A model generated the notes under the pieces. That model was not told the origin of the DNA. It saw only the letters and a list, made by a program, of their open reading frames with translations, and made no database searches. Position numbers and translations under genes: made by a program. A stretch of DNA of 63,777 bases, counting the filler, from Octopus bimaculoides (taxonomy: Eukaryota): NCBI RefSeq assembly GCF_001194135.2. It is 5 parts of 5 records of this genome, joined end to end, with 100 filler letters (N's around TTAATTAATTAA, not from the genome) between each part and the next. Parts side by side here need not be neighbours in the genome. Positions count along the whole stretch, not along the records: positions 1 to 12,874 come from NC_069008.1; 4 more parts are not named here. One strand, 5' to 3'. Shown here piece after piece: positions 1 to 11,225 of the stretch (positions are counted from its first letter, which is position 1; each line of letters opens with the position of its first letter).

Positions 1-449
1 GGTGGGGGAGTAAGATAGGACAATAGAGGGAAGGTAAGAGTTTGTTGAAGGGAAATAACAAGAGCGGTTATGTGAGAAAAGGGATGCAGAAGGAGAGAGG
101 AAGTGGTAAAGGGAAAGAGAAAGTAAATTAGAGCGAGCGTAGGAGCGAGAGAGAGCGAGAGAGAAAAGAGAGATAAAAAGAGAGAGAGAGAGAGAAAGAG
201 AGATGGGAGAGAAAGAAGTGGAAAGGGGAGGTTGATAACGGAGAGAGATTCGAATCATCGGCGACAAAGATAAATAGGAGAGGTTGGTGGGGAAGTAAGA
301 TGTTTGTGAGAGAGTGTGTATGTACGGAGAGAAAACAGGGGAGATAATCGAGAAACAGGTGGAATATTTTATATACATATACACTCTCTCCCCCCTCTCT
401 CTCTCCACACACACACGAGAGAAAAGAATATTAATACGTNNNNNNNNNN

Positions 450-585
450 CTACCAAATCCACTCACAAGGCTTTGGTCGGCTCGAGGCTATAGTAGAAAC
501 CCAAGGTTCCAAGGTTCCAGTGGGACTGAACCCGGGACCATGTGGTCGGTAAGCAAGCTATTTACCACACAGCCACTCCTGCGCC
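450..585 (-). mobile_element. tRNA-derived SINE family A, head
   Basis: Reverse complement of GGAGTGGCTGTGTGGTAA..GGTTCAGTCCCACTG..GGATTTGGTAG. Confidence 0.85.
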
Positions 586-642
586 TTTCTGCACAGCCAG
601 CGCACGAAACTCTCGGACCTTGAGTCACTCTGTTGCTTCTAC

Positions 643-687
<45 letters not shown>

Positions 688-1584
688 GGATGGATAGAAC
701 AAAAGAAAGATTACTAAGAACAGACAGGCAGTTACAGAACAGCAGTGAGCAATGGAAGTAAAAAGAAATGAAGGGAGTGGGGGTAGGAGGAACAGGTGGC
801 GTAATCGATATATTAAGTAGCGAGAGGTTTAGGATGAGAGAGAGACAGAGAGTGAGAGAGAGAGAGAGATGAAACAGTAAAAGAGAAGAGAGAGGGTAGA
901 GTCACAGAAAGAAGTGGTGGGGGAGTAAGATAGGACAATAGAGGGAAGGTAAGAGTTTGTTGAAGGGAAATAACAAGAGCGGTTATGTGAGAAAAGGGAT
1001 GCAGAAGGAGAGAGGAAGTGGTAAAGGGAAAGAGAAAGTAAATTAGAGCGAGCGTAGGAGCGAGAGNNNNNNNNNNNNNNNNNNNNNNNNNNNNNNNNNN
1101 NNNNNNNNNNNNNNNNNNNNNNNNNNNNNNNNNNNNNNNNNNNNNNNNNNNNNNNNNNNNNNNNNNNNNNNNNNNNNNNNNNNNNNNNNNNNNNNNNNNN
1201 NNNNNNNNNNNNNNNNNNNNNNNNNNNNNNNNNNNNNNNNNNNNNNNNNNNNNNNNNNNNNNNNNNNNNNNNNNNNNNNNNNNNNNNNNNNNNNNNNNNN
1301 NNNNNNNNNNNNNNNNNNNNNNNNNNNNNNNNNNNNNNNNNNNNNNNNNNNNNNNNNNNNNNNNNNNNNNNNNNNNNNNNNNNNNNNNNNNNNNNNNNNN
1401 NNNNNNNNNNNNNNNNNNNNNNNNNNNNNNNNNNNNNNNNNNNNNNNNNNNNNNNNNNNNNNNNNNNNNNNNNNNNNNNNNNNNNNNNNNNNNNNNNNNN
1501 NNNNNNNNNNNNNNNNNNNNNNNNNNNNNNNNTTACATGGACATAAACACACCAACAATGGTTGTCAAGCGATGGTGGGACACA

Positions 1585-1630
<46 letters not shown>

Positions 1631-1790
1631 TACGAGGGAGTGCTGAAAAGTTCCCGGCTTTAAGGGTATCACGAAAGACCTGGCTGGAGGCTCAGTTCTT
1701 TTACAGGGCTTAGAAAAACTAAAGGACCGCTGTAATTAGTTTGTGGAACCATGATGGGAATAGTGATAGGAATTAGCTGATGCTCCTGTA
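1631..1790 (+). mobile_element. Mariner-derived short non-autonomous element
   Basis: TA followed by the TIR-like CGAGGGAGTGCTGAAAAGTTC. The body is homologous to 57262-57385. Confidence 0.55.
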
Positions 1791-1829
1791 TTGTTTTACC
1801 CAAAGCCGGATACTTTTCAGTACCCTATC

Positions 1830-1950
1830 GTATATATACGACAGGCTACTCTGAGTTTCCGTCTACCAAATCCACTTACAAGACTTTGGCTGGCCCGAGG
1901 TTACAGTAGAAGACACTTGCCCAAGCTGTCACGCAGTGAGACCGAACCCG
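1830..1950 (-). mobile_element. SINE family A fragment
   Basis: Homologous to the copy at 7940-8155. Confidence 0.8.
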
Positions 1951-2089
1951 GACAGACCTGCACTGTTCTGTGATGAACCTGGACACATCATTGACGATGA
2001 TCATCCAGCAATAGGTGGTGAGTTAACTCTTCGATGAACTAGCAACCCGTCCAGTTAGGGTGGGATGTTGTAATTTCAGTCATTTATAC

Positions 2090-2270
2090 GCCACGCCGGG
2101 CGAAATGCTTAGCGGTATTTCGTCTGTCTTTATGTTCTGAGTTCAAATTCCGTCGAGGTTGACTTTGTTTTCATCTTTTTGGGGTCGATAAATCAAATAC
2201 CAGTTTCGTGCTGGGGTCGATCTAATCGACTGGCCCCTCCTCCATAATCTCAGGCCTTATGCCTAGAATT
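2090..2270 (+). mobile_element. tRNA-derived SINE family B
   Basis: CACGCCGGGCGAAATGCTTAGCGG..GAGTTCAAATTCC..GGGGTCGATCTAATCGACTGG. Confidence 0.85.
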
Positions 2271-2394
2271 AAAAAAAAGTGAAATCTGGATTAACTTCAG
2301 GTTTTATGGGTCCTAGGGATCATGATAGGTTCTACCTTAAATTCATATAAAAATCTGCATACTTAACGACTTCTACCAGTATCTTCAACAATAA

Positions 2395-2530
2395 GCGCAA
2401 GAGTGGCTGTGTGGTAAGAAACTTGCTTCCCAACCACATGGTTATGGGCTCAGTTCCACTGCGTGGCAGCCTTGTGAGTGGATTTCCTAGACGAAACTGA
2501 AAGAAGATTGTCATATATGATGGATCGCTA
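2395..2530 (+). mobile_element. SINE family A head, internally deleted
   Basis: GAGTGGCTGTGTGGTAAG..GTTCCACTGCGTGGCA, with A- and B-box-like motifs. Confidence 0.85.
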
Positions 2531-2576
2531 GCCACTACACATTCTTTATTTTCTCTCCTTGTTTCTTTCTGTGTTC

Positions 2577-2612
2577 CTTTCAGTGGAAGAGCGTAGGCTC
2601 GAAACGTTAAAG
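2577..2612 (+). ncRNA. Degenerate Penelope-type type I hammerhead ribozyme motif
   Basis: CTTT-cagtgga-A-GAGC(gtag)GCTC-GAA-ACGT-T-AAAG. Stems I and II, GAA and the palindromic stem III are intact, but the CUGANGA box is mutated. Confidence 0.5.
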
Positions 2613-2700
2613 ACTTTTTCACTTCCCAAGCGTTAAACTAATACATCTGTTTGTTGTCTACACCACCTGTCTTCGTCTTTTTTTTTTTGTGAATTCTCCC

Positions 2701-2743
<43 letters not shown>

Positions 2744-2939
2744 ATTCGTGTGTCTGTGTACTAGGCTAACAAAGAATACGTGCAGGGGTCGATTTCTTCA
2801 ATTAAAAAGCGGTGCTCCAGCATGGCCATGGTCAAATGACTGAAACAAAATGAAAGAATGAAAATATATATTCTATTGCATAAAAGGCCAACGGGTATAT
2901 AACTCGCATTCCAGTTTCAACAGCACATATTCAAGAAAG

Positions 2940-3255
2940 TGAAGGTGCGTTCTTAGTGATTAGATTATTCGGCTCACAATCGTAAGGTCGTGAGTTCGAT
3001 TCCCGGCGACGCGTTGTGTCCTTGAGCAAGACACTTCATTTCACGTTGCTCCAGTCCACTCAGCTGGCAAAAATGAGTAGTACCTGTATTTCAAAGGGCC
3101 AGCCTTGTCACACTCTGTGTCACGCTGAATCTCCCCGAGAGCTGCTTTAAGGGTACGCGTGTCCGTGGAATGTTCAGCCACTTGCACATTAATTTCACGA
3201 GCAAGCCTTTCCGTTGATCGGATCAACTGAAACCCTACGTCGTCGCAAGTGACGG
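2940..3255 (+). mobile_element. tRNA-derived SINE family C with a conserved central core
   Basis: B-box GAGTTCGATTCCC, then TGTGTCCTTGAGCAAGACACTT..CAGTCCACTCAGCTG (recalled as resembling the Meta-SINE core). Relatives lie at 9482/10249 and at 62800-62990 on the minus strand. Confidence 0.75.
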
Positions 3256-3654
3256 AGTGCCAATTATTCAAGAAAGCAAAGTTTTTACTGCATTAAGGCA
3301 TAGAATATTTAAAGGCACCAAAAGCGGTGAGCTGGCGGAATTGCTGGCACGCCGGATAAAATGCTTAGCGGCATTTCGTGTGTCTGTACGTTCTGAGTTC
3401 AAATGCTGCCGGGGTCGATCAACTGATTCACACATTACAAATACAATCTGTAAGCAGAACAGTAAAAATATGCAAGACTTTTCCAAGGTTTCGAATGAGA
3501 CATTATTTTTATTGTCTGCATTCCAAAGATGGAGCTTTGTATCTTTGTTAGAAACCAGTTCCTTCTACAAAGGAAGAAAAGAGACATACATACATGCATC
3601 CATCCATCCATCCATCCATCCATACATACATACATACATGTGTGCATGTGTGTC

Positions 3655-3785
3655 TGTGTGTTTGTTTTTGTCCTCCACCACCACTTGAAGACCGATGCTG
3701 GGCAAATATCTTCAAGTGTAGCCCCAGGCCGACAGATGTCTTGTGAATGAATTCGGTAGACAGAAACTAAGTGGAATCCCGTCGC
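3655..3785 (-). mobile_element. SINE family A fragment (repeated at about 4105-4235)
   Basis: Homologous to the family A body. Confidence 0.7.
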
Positions 3786-3789
3786 GCGC

Positions 3790-3820
<31 letters not shown>

Positions 3821-4235
3821 TGTGTGTGAACATGTGTGTCTTCGTGTTTGTATTCGTCCNNNNNNNNNNNNNNNNNNNNNNNNNNNNNNNNNNNNNNNNN
3901 NNNNNNNNNNNNNNNNNNNNNNNNNNNNNNNNNNNNNNNNNNNNNNNNNNNNNNNNNNNNNNNNNNNNNNNNNNNNNNNNNNNNNNNNNNNNNNNNNNNN
4001 NNNNNNNNNNNNNNNNNNNNNNNNNNNNNNNNNNNNNNNNNNNNNNNNNNNNNNNNNNNNNNNNNNNNNNNNCATACATACATACATACATGTGTGCATG
4101 TGTGTCTGTGTGTTTGTTTTTGTCCTCCACCACCACTTGAAGACCGATGCTGGGCAAATATCTTCAAGTGTAGCCCCAGGCCGACAGATGTCTTGTGAAT
4201 GAATTCGGTAGACAGAAACTAAGTGGAATCCCGTC

Positions 4236-4266
<31 letters not shown>

Positions 4267-4799
4267 TGTGAACATGTGTGTCTTCGTGTTTGTATTCGTC
4301 CTCCATCACAGCTTCACAAACGGTGATGGTTTGCTTACATCTCAGTAAAATCAACACCAAATTTCAAAAAAGAAAAAAAAAAGTGTACTAGGATCGATTC
4401 GTTCGTCTAAAACTTTCGAGGCAGTATCTCCAACATGGCCGTAGTCCAAATCACTGAAGATAAAAAGATGAAAGTGAAAGACAAAAGATGAAAGGTAGAA
4501 GATATTTCAATAAGCTCTATAGTGAAGCGAAGATTATGTTAATGAGCGGCGGCGAAAGATCTGATTGTCCATTTTTACTGTAAGCTGGATTAAGTATTAG
4601 CGATGTTTGGGCCGGCTAACTATTGGGTTTTATTCGAAAACATAAAAAAAATCTGCTATTGCGTAACGCCTCATTATAATAAAGAAAAGCGCTCTTCAGA
4701 GACGCTGGGAGCAAAGACAATAAGGTGATGCGTTAGTTTAGGAATCAATTCTCATCGAACATCAATCAAGCCTGTCAATAAAAAAAATTATCAAGTGGT

Positions 4800-4869
<70 letters not shown>

Positions 4870-5182
4870 TTGATTGATTGATTAAGTAACCAGAAGATGG
4901 ATTTGGTATTGGTCTTCAGTTTGTACGGCGATCGCTTCGACCCATGCTACTACTATTCCTTAGGGGTGGGATTCTGTGCATCATGTTGTGTTGCATCTAT
5001 TTTGCAGTCTGGGTGACATCAGGTACATCCATACGGAAAGTGGTGTTTCGCTAAAGATCTTAAGTTCGGTGGTCATCTTGTAATTTGCCCGTCGAGTTCG
5101 AGAACGAGACATTGCTACAATTGTCATTATTATTAATGTCCGTAACAAAGATAGTAAACATTTGTGTGTGTATATATATATA

Positions 5183-5237
<55 letters not shown>

Positions 5238-6819
5238 NNNNNNNNNNNNNNNNNNNNNNNNNNNNNNNNNNNNNNNNNNNNNNNNNNNNNNNNNNNNNNN
5301 NNNNNNNNNNNNNNNNNNNNNNNNNNNNNNNNNNNNNNNNNNNNNNNNNNNNNNNNNNNNNNNNNNNNNNNNNNNNNNNNNNNNNNNNNNNNNNNNNNNN
5401 NNNNNNNNNNNNNNNNNNNNNNNNNNNNNNNNNNNNNNNNNNNNNNNNNNNNNNNNNNNNNNNNNNNNNNNNNNNNNNNNNNNNNNNNNNNNNNNNNNNN
5501 NNNNNNNNNNNNNNNNNNNNNNNNNNNNNNNNNNNNNNNNNNNNNNNNNNNNNNNNNNNNNNNNNNNNNNNNNNNNNNNNNNNNNNNNNNNNNNNNNNNN
5601 NNNNNNNNNNNNNNNNNNNNNNNNNNNNNNNNNNNNNNNNNNNNNNNNNNNNNNNNNNNNNNNNNNNNNNNNNNNNNNNNNNNNNNNNNNNNNNNNNNNN
5701 NNNNNNNNNNNNNNNNNNNNNNNNNNNNNNNNNNNNNNNNNNNNNNNNNNNNNNNNNNNNNNNNNNNNNNNNNNNNNNNAATAGGTACCAGTTGAGTACT
5801 GGGGTCCATGTAATCGATTTTCCCTTCCCCAAAATTGCTGACCTTATGCCAAAACTGGAAACCAATATTAGCATCCACTCTAATCCTTAAATCCGTCTCA
5901 CAAAACAAGTTTACGAGTTTTTAACTACGTCTATTTTTTTAAAATTACTATTTTTAAATCTCACAACATGATATAAGGACACAGATATAAGGACACAGAT
6001 CGTGTCGTAAAACCAACTGGAGACGATGTCTCCTGAGGCTAAATTACAGCAACATTAGTCTTAAACCAGGACTGCCATGTTATGTTGGCAAACAATCTTT
6101 ACTACGTCTATTTAATTCATGGATATTCAGGATGCATGAGGCTAAAAAGAAAAAAACCCGTCATCTCTGTGTAACCCTCTACATAAACAAGGAAATAGTT
6201 TTTATGCCAACACGTTAAAATGTAAATTTGATAATTTCACATAATTTCGCCTCGTTGTATTCCCCCATAAGAGTATTAAACCATTTTTTTTTTCTTATTT
6301 TCTTTTCTTCATCTCGAAGAGCATTTTGGTATAGATCTCATCAATACAGACCGCACGAAAGTATGTTCAAACGAGCATATAAGTGAATTTGAGTCAAAGT
6401 TAAGCTTTTTAAGGTCTCCTAGGCATGTGCAAGCTGGGTACTTGCTCGTGGGTCACAAGGATCTAGGGACCCAATGCTAATCTAAGTATACTGTGATTTG
6501 CTACCAATAATTACTCCCAGGCACAGCGTATTCATTTGCCTGGGAGCTTATAATCCTACTGAAACGGCTCTGGCTGTGCGATCAAACCCGGAACTGCGTG
6601 TTTACCAAGCTAACATGTTAACCACACAGCAATACCTAGCTTACACGTACGCATATATCGATAATCTAAAAACAAGCCAATCAGATTAGGTGATTTATTT
6701 CATGTTTATCGATAATATTCATGAAATAAGCCGATTATTTCACTTATCTATTTATCTCGTGACGAGTATATCTGCCTATCTAGCTATCTTGTTTACTGTC
6801 GAATGGGTAGTTTACTCAT

Positions 6820-6821
6820 CC

Positions 6822-6906
<85 letters not shown>

Positions 6907-6969
6907 GATATCTATCTGCTTATTTGTTTGTCTATCTAACTATCTGTCAATCAATCAATCAATCAATCA

Positions 6970-7018
<49 letters not shown>

Positions 7019-7132
7019 GCCATCCATCTATCGGTCTGCTTATCTATCTGTCTGTCTGTCTGTCTGTCAATCTATCTGCTTATCCGTCCACCCACCCATC
7101 CATCCATCCATCCAATCTCCATCCACCCGTCC

Positions 7133-7164
<32 letters not shown>

Positions 7165-7170
7165 ATCTAC
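6820..7170. repeat. Compound (CTAT/CTGT/CAAT/CCAT)n microsatellite
   Basis: Direct inspection. Confidence 0.95.
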
Positions 7171-7892
7171 GTCTACTTATTTTTATCCCCCCTTTGCTTA
7201 TTCATCCATCTGTCAGCCTATTTGAGCGCTTGTTTATCAATCTAACAATCTGACTCTCTATCTATCTACATCTCTCTCTCTCTCTCCCTCTCTCTTTCTC
7301 TCTCTTTCTCTCTCTCTCTCTCCCTCTCTCTCTCTCCCTCNNNNNNNNNNCTCTCTCTCTCTCTCTCTCTCTCTCTAGTTATGACTATTGATAACTCTCT
7401 TCTAACAACTAATTTGTCTCTTCGTCTATCTGTCTGCCTGTCTGTCTTGTGAACATTCCATCCCACTGCCTGTTTATAAAATCGATGCGCGCATCTTCTC
7501 ACGAGCATATTTTCCATTTATTTCATTCAGCGGCCATGCTGAGGCCACATCGACTTTGCAAAAGTCTTTTTTCTTTTTATTTGAATACTCCAATTCCAGT
7601 AATATGGTTGGTAAGGAATGCAATAAAAAATAGAGGTGGGGAGAGATTGTATGTCGTTTATTCCCCTTCGAGCCATGATATAGAAAGCTCGAAAGACCAG
7701 ACGTTTGAGCTTTAGCGTTTTAATGCTCACGGAGTTAAATTACCATATTTACTCGTATATAAGCTACATTATTTCATACTATGGGGAACTATTTCAGCTA
7801 TGAGGAAGCCTACGACTTACGGAACTTTCTCAGTGGTCCGCCTAGCGAAAAATTATCTTCAATGTTTTCCGATATACAGCGCGTCTCGTAAT

Positions 7893-8155
7893 GGGCCATG
7901 CTCCAGCATGCCGCAGTCAAATGACTGAAACAAGTAAAAGGAGTGGCTGTGTGGTAAGTAGCTTGCTTACCAACCACATGGTTCCGGGTTCAGTCCCACT
8001 GCGTGGCACCTTAGGCAAGTGTCTTCTACTATAGCCTCGGACCGACCAAAGCCTTGTGAGTGGATTTGGTAGATGGAAACTGTAAGAAGCCCGTCGTATA
8101 TATGTATGTGTGTATGTTTGTGTCTGTGTTTGTCCCCCCAACATCGCTTGACAAC
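7893..8155 (+). mobile_element. SINE family A tail fragment joined directly to a family A head
   Basis: CAAATGACTGAAACAAGTAAAAG followed by GAGTGGCTGTGTGGTAAGTAGC. Confidence 0.9.
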
Positions 8156-8940
8156 NNNNNNNNNNNNNNNNNNNNNNNNNNNNNNNNNNNNNNNNNNNNN
8201 NNNNNNNNNNNNNNNNNNNNNNNNNNNNNNNNNNNNNNNNNNNNNNNNNNNNNNNNNNNNNNNNNNNNNNNNNNNNNNNNNNNNNNNNNNNNNNNNNNNN
8301 NNNNNNNNNNNNNNNNNNNNNNNNNNNNNNNNNNNNNNNNNNNNNNNNNNNNNNNNNNNNNNNNNNNNNNNNNNNNNNNNNNNNNNNNNNNNNNNNNNNN
8401 NNNNNNNNNNNNNNNNNNNNNNNNNNNNNNNNNNNNNNNNNNNNNNNNNNNNNNNNNNNNNNNNNNNNNNNNNNNNNNNNNNNNNNNNNNNNNNNNNNNN
8501 NNNNNNNNNNNNNNNNNNNNNNNNNNNNNNNNNNNNNNNNNNNNNNNNNNNNNNNNNNNNNNNNNNNNNNNNNNNNNNNNNNNNNNNNNNNNNNNNNNNN
8601 NNNNNNNNNNNNNNNNNNNNNNNNNNNNNNNNNNNNNNNNNNNNNNNNNNNNNNNNNNNNNNNNNNNNNNNNNNNNNNNNNNNNNNNNNNNNNNNNNNNN
8701 NNNNNNNNNNNNNNNNNNNNNNNNNNNNNNNNNNNNNNNNNNNNNNNNNNNNNNNNNNNNNNNNNNNNNNNNNNNNNNNNNNNNNNNNNNNNNNNNNNNN
8801 NNNNNNNNNNNNNNNNNNNNNNNNNNNNNNNNNNNNNNNNNNNNNNNNNNNNNNNNNNNNNNNNNNNNNNNNNNNNNNNNNNNNNNNNNNNNNNNNNNNN
8901 NNNNNNNNNNNNNNNNNNNNNNNNNNNNNNNNNNNNNNNN

Positions 8941-8979
<39 letters not shown>

Positions 8980-9127
8980 GCATACAAATACATGACCCAC
9001 GTTGGACTCCCCACTCGTATTATTATCGAACCTGGACCTTAACCATTATCTATCGATAGCCCTTACTTAGCGCTTACCCGATATCTTTTGGGTCTTCCTG
9101 ACATCAATACCTTTCATACCCTATATC

Positions 9128-9305
9128 TACTCTTTTACTCTTTTACTTGTTTTAGTCATTTGACTGTGGCCATGCTGGAGCACTGCCTTTAGTCGAGCAA
9201 ATCGACCCCAGGAGTTATTCTTTGTAAGCCTTGTACTTATTCTATCGGTTCTTTTTGCCGAACCGCTAGATTACGGGGACGTAAACACACCAGCATCGGT
9301 TGTCA
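9128..9305 (-). mobile_element. SINE family A 3' half
   Basis: TACTCTTTTACTCTTTTACTTG..GGCCATGCTGGAGCAC..TCGACCCCAGG. Confidence 0.85.
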
Positions 9306-9543
9306 AGCCCTACTCCCATAATCTCTGGCCAGAACTTAACGGCACTCATGCGGCCACCATGTCCGTCTCGTGCAACAGTCCCAAAGGTGGGGGGGATGCC
9401 CTTCTTCCGCTCACATGACCTCCATCGCTTCTCTCTTCCAGCAACGCCCTTCGGCTGTTCTCGTGACGTCACTGACACTGAGGCACGTGGTTTAGTGCTT
9501 AGGGTATTTGACTGAAGATCTTAAGATTGTGGTTTCGGTTCCT

Positions 9544-10248
9544 CCGACTCAAAATGTCTTTATTCTTCAATATATACCAGTTATAACCTAGGGGCCTACT
9601 CAAAGTACAAGCGTATACGTATGCTTTATCAGATATGTAGACTGCAATCACTTGATTACATAAAGAGGAGTCGGTGTCGGAGTCAGAGGTGCCAATAGTA
9701 GGAAAGTCGGAGTCGGAGTCGGGGGTGCCAATAGTAGAGAAGTTGGAGTCGGAGTCGGAGGTGCCAATAGTAGAGGAATCGGAGGTGTCACTAGTAGAGA
9801 AGCCGGAGTCGGTGGAGAAGTCGGTGGAGAAGTCGGTATCGGAGTCGGATGTGCCAATAGTAGAGGAGTCGGAGTCGGAGTCGGAGGTGCCAATAGTAGA
9901 GGAATCGGAGTCGGAGTCGGAGGTGTCACTAGTAGAGAAGCCGGAGTCGGAGGAGAAGTCGGTATCGGAGTCGGATGTGCCAATAGTAAAGAAGCTGAAG
10001 TCGGAGTCGGAGGTGCCGATAGTAGAGAAGTCGGAGTCAGAGTCGGAGGTGCCAATAGTAGAGAAGTCGGAGTCGGAGTCGGAGGTGCCAATAGTAGAGA
10101 AATCGGAGTCGGAGTTGGAGGTGCCAATAGTAAAGAAGCTGAAGTCGGAGTCGGAAGTGCCGATAGTAGAGAAGCCGGAGTCAGAGTCGGAGGTGCCAAT
10201 AGTAGAGAAGTCGGAGTCGAAATTTTTTGCTTCGACTCCGCAGCCCTG
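9544..10248. mobile_element. Truncated MITE-like element carrying a 30/36-bp minisatellite
   Basis: Ends in CGACTCCGCAGCCCTG, a TIR-like end inverted relative to the GGAGTCG array. It sits between the head and tail of a SINE. Confidence 0.5.
9667..10219. repeat. Minisatellite, unit about GTCGGAGTCGGAGGTGCCAATAGTAGAGAA
   Basis: Roughly 17 units, whose lengths vary mostly in multiples of 3. Confidence 0.95.
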
Positions 10249-10734
10249 GTTCCAGTCCACTCACCTGGCAAAAATGAGTAATTCTGCGACGGACCGTCGT
10301 CCTGTCCAGGTGAGGAATATATAACACCATGGAGATCGGGAAACTGACCCTCATGAATCGGTATTATACAAGAAGGGAAATTTATTCATTGACCCTATTT
10401 TTCCGGGCCACCTCAGCACCCCAAGAACATTGAACCCCGAAGAACACACCCTTGCATGGCGTTAATCGTCCTGGCTAAAAAAGGTTAAAAGCGTCCAAAG
10501 AACAACATGTAATGATACCTACAGCTAACAGTGGCCATCGTTCTTCAATTTAATCCGATCATTTCAAAGAATGTTATTTATAGTTTCCAATCTAAATTTA
10601 CTGCTGGTTAAAAATCAGCAATGAATTTAGACGCTTGGCCTTATAATCCATAAAGGTCAAAGAGGAGACGTGAGTTCAGATTCACTCCCAACTCTCAAAT
10701 TCTCTTTCTCACTCAAATTCACTTACCTCATTCT

Positions 10735-11225
10735 CCTCCTCCTCCTCCTCCTCGTTCTTCTTCTTCTTCTTCTTCTTCTTCTTCTTCTTCTTCTTCTTCT
10801 TCTTCTTCTTCTTCTTCTTCTTTTTCTTCTTCTTCTTCTTCCTCTTCCTCTTCTNNNNNNNNNNNNNNNNNNNNNNNNNNNNNNNNNNNNNNNNNNNNNN
10901 NNNNNNNNNNNNNNNNNNNNNNNNNNNNNNNNNNNNNNNNNNNNNNNNNNNNNNNNNNNNNNNNNNNNNNNNNNNNNNNNNNNNNNNNNNNNNNNNNNNN
11001 NNNNNNNNNNNNNNNNNNNNNNNNNNNNNNNNNNNNNNNNNNNNNNNNNNNNNNNNNNNNNNNNNNNNNTTCTTCTTCTTCTTCTTTTTCTTCCTCTTCT
11101 TCCTCTTCTTCTTCTTTTTCTTCTTCTTCTCCTTCCTATACTTCTTCTTCTTCTTCTTTTTCTTCTTCTTCTTCTTCTTCTTCTTCTTCTTCTTCTTCTT
11201 CTTCTTCTTCTTCTTCTTCTTCTTC
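10735..11225. repeat. (CTT)n/(CCT)n microsatellite spanning a gap
   Basis: Direct inspection; it generates the poly-Leu ORF in the track. Confidence 0.95.

Larger units (their letters stand above)
9482..10365 (+). mobile_element. Family C-like SINE split by an insertion (head 9482-9543, tail 10249-10365)
   Basis: Head TGGTTTAGTGCTTAGG..GGTTTCGGTTCC; tail CCAGTCCACTCACCTGGCAAAAATGAGTA matches 3051-3078. Confidence 0.65.

Noticed and set aside
1-1066. Exact duplicate of 1-151 at 916-1066
   Set aside because: Identical sequence ending at a gap edge is typical of a scaffolding overlap artefact.
2940-3010. tRNA gene
   Set aside because: A/B boxes are present but there is no full cloverleaf; it continues into a SINE body.
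3621-4301. Duplicate of 3621-3859 at 4073-4301
   Set aside because: The copies flank an N gap and differ only in microsatellite length, so they are probably two alleles assembled side by side.
4894-5054. 52-aa plus-strand frame with a hydrophobic segment (DGFGIGLQF..ILCIMLCCIYFAVWV..)
   Set aside because: No pyrimidine tract at the putative acceptor, it abuts a microsatellite, and no homology was recognised.
9499-10324. 207-253-aa ORFs with SD/SE/PT repeats as a real gene
   Set aside because: GTG starts, entirely explained by a TE-internal minisatellite, and no splice or expression evidence.
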